Positions 32,527 through 35,141 of a stretch of 35,141 nucleotides of DNA are shown here, in pieces. Every line of letters begins with the position of its first letter. Positions within the stretch are counted from its first letter, which is position 1. Source of the stretch: Cyanophora paradoxa CCMP329 (lineage: Eukaryota; Plantae; Glaucophyta). The stretch lies in assembly GCA_004431415.1 (NCBI GenBank), contig QPMI01000405.1:1-35141 (forward strand), read 5' to 3'. The notes below the pieces were generated by a model. It made no database searches. It saw only the letters and a program-made list of their open reading frames with translations, and was not told the DNA's origin. A program made the position numbers and the translations under genes.

Positions 32527-32876
32527 CTAGGCGTCGGAGTCCTCGTCCTCGGTCTCCTCTGCCTCCTCCTCCGAGCCCGATTCCGAGGTCGCAAAATCGT
32601 CCGGGTCGCGCACGTAAATCACCCTGTCTCCCTCTTCGTCTGTCATCTCCTCCGAGCTGGTGTCCTCACTGCCCAGCGACTCGGCCGCGGCCTCGTCCGC
32701 CGCCTCCGCGGTCAGGCGCTCCCAGTTAATTCCAGCGCGTCGCAGATCCTCTCCAGGGCGCTGCTGACCTCGCCGTCGTTAAAGGGCGAGGAGGGGTCGA
32801 GGCTCGCCTCCAGGAGGCAGTCGTAAGCGATGGACTCGACGCGGAAGACGGAGGCGATGTGGGCGCTGGGCGACAT
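32527..32876 (-). CDS. Acidic hypothetical protein; one frameshift (absent from the ORF track)
   Basis: MSPSAHIASVFRVESIAYDCLLEASLDP... continues in a shifted frame as INWERLTAEAADE...EEEAEETEDEDSDA-stop. Upstream TTTTTTCTGA motif. Confidence 0.55.
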
Positions 32877-32902
32877 GCTTACGCACGAAGCCTCAGAAAA
32901 AA

Positions 32903-33972
32903 TCAGGCGAGGCCGCGGTGCTTCCTGAAATTATCTATCATGCCGAGGAGCGTCTTGTCCACCGTGCCGTCGTCCGGACCCACGAGATTTTCTCCGTTGA
33001 CGGTTTCGCCCTCCCAGTACTCCTTGGATCCGATGCGGAAGGGGGCGGCTCCTCGGCCTTGTAGACGTACAAAACGTCCAGAGGGTTCGTAGAGTTGTTG
33101 GAAGAATCGATGATAAGGCAGTGGTTATCCTGCGTGTACTTATCGAGCAGGTAGTAGAAGGCGCGCTGGGAGATGATGTCGCCCCACTCCTTTGCGAGGG
33201 CCTCGCGCTGCATCGCCTGCGAGCACTTGAAAATGACAGCCAGATCAGTATTGGAGCGCAGGACGGGATTGATGCCCTTGGCATACTGCGTCGTGATAAG
33301 GGTCATGATTTTGTAGTGGCGCCCCGCCACGAAGAGCTCGTTGAGGGCCTCGTCGTACCGCAGCCGAGCGTCGGAAATCACGTCGTCGAGCAGCACGAAA
33401 AATCGCGGGTCGACGGGATCCTCCTTTCCCGCGAGCACGTCTTCGGACTTGTTGTGCTGCATGATCGCCTGCTGCCTCCTGAATAAATGGAAGAGCACGC
33501 CCGGGTTGTACTTGGGCCAGATGAAGCGCTGCGGGATGTACTGCTTCCAGTAGCCGTTCAGGCGATCGGTCTGGCTGATCACGATACCCCCCGGGAAGGT
33601 GCCGGAGAGGTTGAACATGAGATCGCGGAGGAAGAAGGACTTGCCCGTGCGCCGCTTGCCGACGCAGACGACCGTGGCGTCGGACTTGACGGTGTTCACG
33701 TCGAACCACTTGAGCTCGGGCAGGCAGGCCATGCGCTCGATGCCTCCCGTCTTCGAGTTGTCGAGGAAGGCGTTGACCTGCTCGGGCGTGAGCTGCTGGC
33801 CGTCCTCTGTCATGCCCATGGCGCAGCTGGCGCCGGCGGCGGGGGCCGTGCCCGAGCCCGTGCCGGTGGCCTGGCCGGCGGGGGCGGGGGCCGCGGGCGC
33901 TGCGCCTGCGGGCTGGGCGGGCTGGGGCTTGGCCGCCTTCGGCTTCTTCGGCTTCTTGGGGTCCTTGGCCAT
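32903..33972 (-). CDS. A32-like (FtsK-HerA family) genome packaging ATPase; one C-terminal frameshift
   Basis: Walker A VGKRRTGKS, Walker B FVLLDDV, GRHY arginine motif, LITTQY, LRSNTD, and in the shifted frame PFRIGSKEYW, typical of NCLDV/PLV A32 ATPases. Confidence 0.95.
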
Positions 33973-33986
33973 TTTACCCCCTTCAT

Positions 33987-34198
33987 TCAGATTTTTCGAG
34001 GGTGCTCCAGGTCCTCGTAGTCGATACCTAGCTCCAGGTCCTCGTAGTCGATACCTAGCAGCGCGCAGCCCTCTCTAATGCAGCTTTCGAAATCGCTCAG
34101 AATGTCTGGAACGCTTTGGCTGTAGTCTGAGCTGAAGAACTCATCTCGGTAATGTCGATGCACCATCCGGATGAATTTTTCCGCCAGGCCTCTGCCAT
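33987..34198 (-). CDS. Small acidic hypothetical protein with internal 9-aa duplication
   Basis: GLAEKFIRMVHRHYRDEFF...LGIDYEDLELGIDYEDLEHPRKI. Perfect 27-bp tandem duplication at 34004-34057. The ATG at 34198 follows a copy of the ATPase upstream sequence and needs one frameshift. Confidence 0.45.
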
Positions 34199-34230
34199 CC
34201 CCTTCATTCAGATTTTCTTGCGACCCTGGG

Positions 34231-34706
34231 ATGAAGATCCTCGGCGTGGATGTGGGGGTCATCAATTTCGCATGGTGCCTCATCGAATTCGATCCGCAGA
34301 CAAAGGAATCCCAGATTCTCGACTGGCAGAAGATCGCCCTCTTCCCGTCTGCGCGCTGCTGTGGCCGCCTGGTTGCGCGCCTGGTGGAGGTTACTCGCGG
34401 CCATAGCGCCTTCGGCCTTCCCGACCAGATCGCGATCGAGGGCCAGAGGACGGGAATCAATCGCTGCATCGAGTGCACGCTCCACGCCCTGCTGTACGGG
34501 CGTGCGCGGATCGTGAGCCGCGCGCCATCAAGCACTTCTTCAAGATCTCGAACCCGAGCTACAAGGAGCGCAAGCGGGGCGCCGTGGACAAGTGCCGCGA
34601 CCTCGTACCCGCCGAGCTCGCCGACATCGCGGATCGAAACGGCAAGCTCGACGACCTCTGCGACGCCTACTTAATCGCCCTCTACGCCGCGCTCAATCCG
34701 TTGTGA
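34231..34706 (+). CDS. RuvC-like Holliday junction resolvase (poxvirus A22-like); one frameshift near 34520
   Basis: MKILGVDVGVINFAWC, IAIEGQ, YKERKRGAV and KLDDLCDAYLIA: all RuvC/A22 catalytic motifs are present. Confidence 0.92.
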
Positions 34707-34736
34707 TCCATTGTGATTTCTAGGCCCCGCCGCCAG

Positions 34737-34898
34737 ATGGGATCCTCGTGCCGCAAGCCCAGGTCCCTCTGCTGCGAAATCTGCCGCCTGCCCCAGACCA
34801 AGCGCGGCTGGGTGCTCAAGGCGGGCGTCTACGTCTGCTGCCCCCGGTGCGCCGTCCGCTACTACGCACTTTTTTCTGAAGGCTGTCTACACCCGTAG
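34737..34898 (+). CDS. Small zinc-finger protein
   Basis: CEIC...CPRC pair in a 53-aa ORF. Upstream ATTTCTAG motif. Confidence 0.5.
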   Translation: MGSSCRKPRSLCCEICRLPQTKRGWVLKAGVYVCCPRCAVRYYALFSEGCLHP

Positions 34899-34907
34899 CT
34901 AGATCCC

Positions 34908-35101
34908 ATGGAGCACGCCACTACTGCTTCAAGTGCCGCTCCAAACCAAGCTCGCCAACGTCGAGGTGCGTACCAGCAAGAACAACCGCAGGTGGCCGTC
35001 GGCTCCTGCACGAATGCAGCGGCCGCGTCTCGCGCTTCATGCGCCGGGTCCTCGAGGAGGGGGCCGGGAGACCAGCCCTCCGCCGCAGCGCCCGCAGGTG
35101 A
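34908..35101 (+). CDS. DUF5679-like small zinc-ribbon protein; several frameshifts
   Basis: Reconstructed YCFKCRSK.KLANVEVRTSKNNRR.AVGSC.ECSGRVSRFM matches the YCxKC...KNxR...GxCxxCGxxxxR pattern. About four single-base corrections are needed, and the end is uncertain. Confidence 0.6.
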
Positions 35102-35141
35102 CCGACGCCGCTGGCCCGGCCGCCGGCTCGAGCAGGCACCG

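Larger units (their letters stand above)
13190..35141. mobile_element. Endogenous Mriyaviricetes-like dsDNA virus (left boundary approximate; continues beyond the window)
   Basis: Abrupt switch to densely packed intronless genes with short AT-rich spacers. Co-occurrence of A32 ATPase, VLTF3, RuvC/A22, two HUH endonucleases, penton-like and fibre genes. Adjacent to an intron-containing host gene and host MITEs. Confidence 0.85.

Noticed and set aside
13190-35141. Classification as Polinton/PLV, virophage or bacterial prophage
   Set aside because: No pPolB, RVE integrase, adenain protease, terminase or portal was seen. VLTF3 with A22-type RuvC and HUH points to Mriyaviricetes, and the phage-like domains are limited to fibres.

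Overview
Eukaryotic (protist-like, GC-rich, short GT-AG introns) genomic DNA in three zones. (1) About 86-7999: a multi-exon host gene for a soluble-adenylyl-cyclase (ADCY10-like) protein with two class III cyclase domains, a STAND NTPase and TPR-like helices. (2) About 8000-13150: decayed intergenic DNA with degraded coding remnants and TA-flanked MITEs. (3) About 13190 to the window end: a gene-dense, essentially intronless endogenous dsDNA virus. It encodes an A32-type packaging ATPase, VLTF3, a RuvC/A22 resolvase, two tandem HUH endonucleases, a penton-like protein, three fibre-type proteins with phage-like domains, an HNH-fold protein, membrane proteins and a DUF5679-like zinc ribbon. This gene set best fits Mriyaviricetes (Yaravirus/Gamadviridae-like small relatives of NCLDVs), not Polinton-like viruses or virophages. 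No major capsid protein, polymerase or integrase is recognisable inside the window, and the element runs off the right edge. Its left end carries three telomere-like (GGGACTT)n arrays with conserved flanks, and most viral genes share a short AT-rich TTTC(T/G)/ATCT motif just upstream of the ATG. Most viral genes are split by single-base frameshifts but I found no internal stop codons, which suggests long-read indel error rather than decay. All assignments come from motif recognition by eye; no database search was run.
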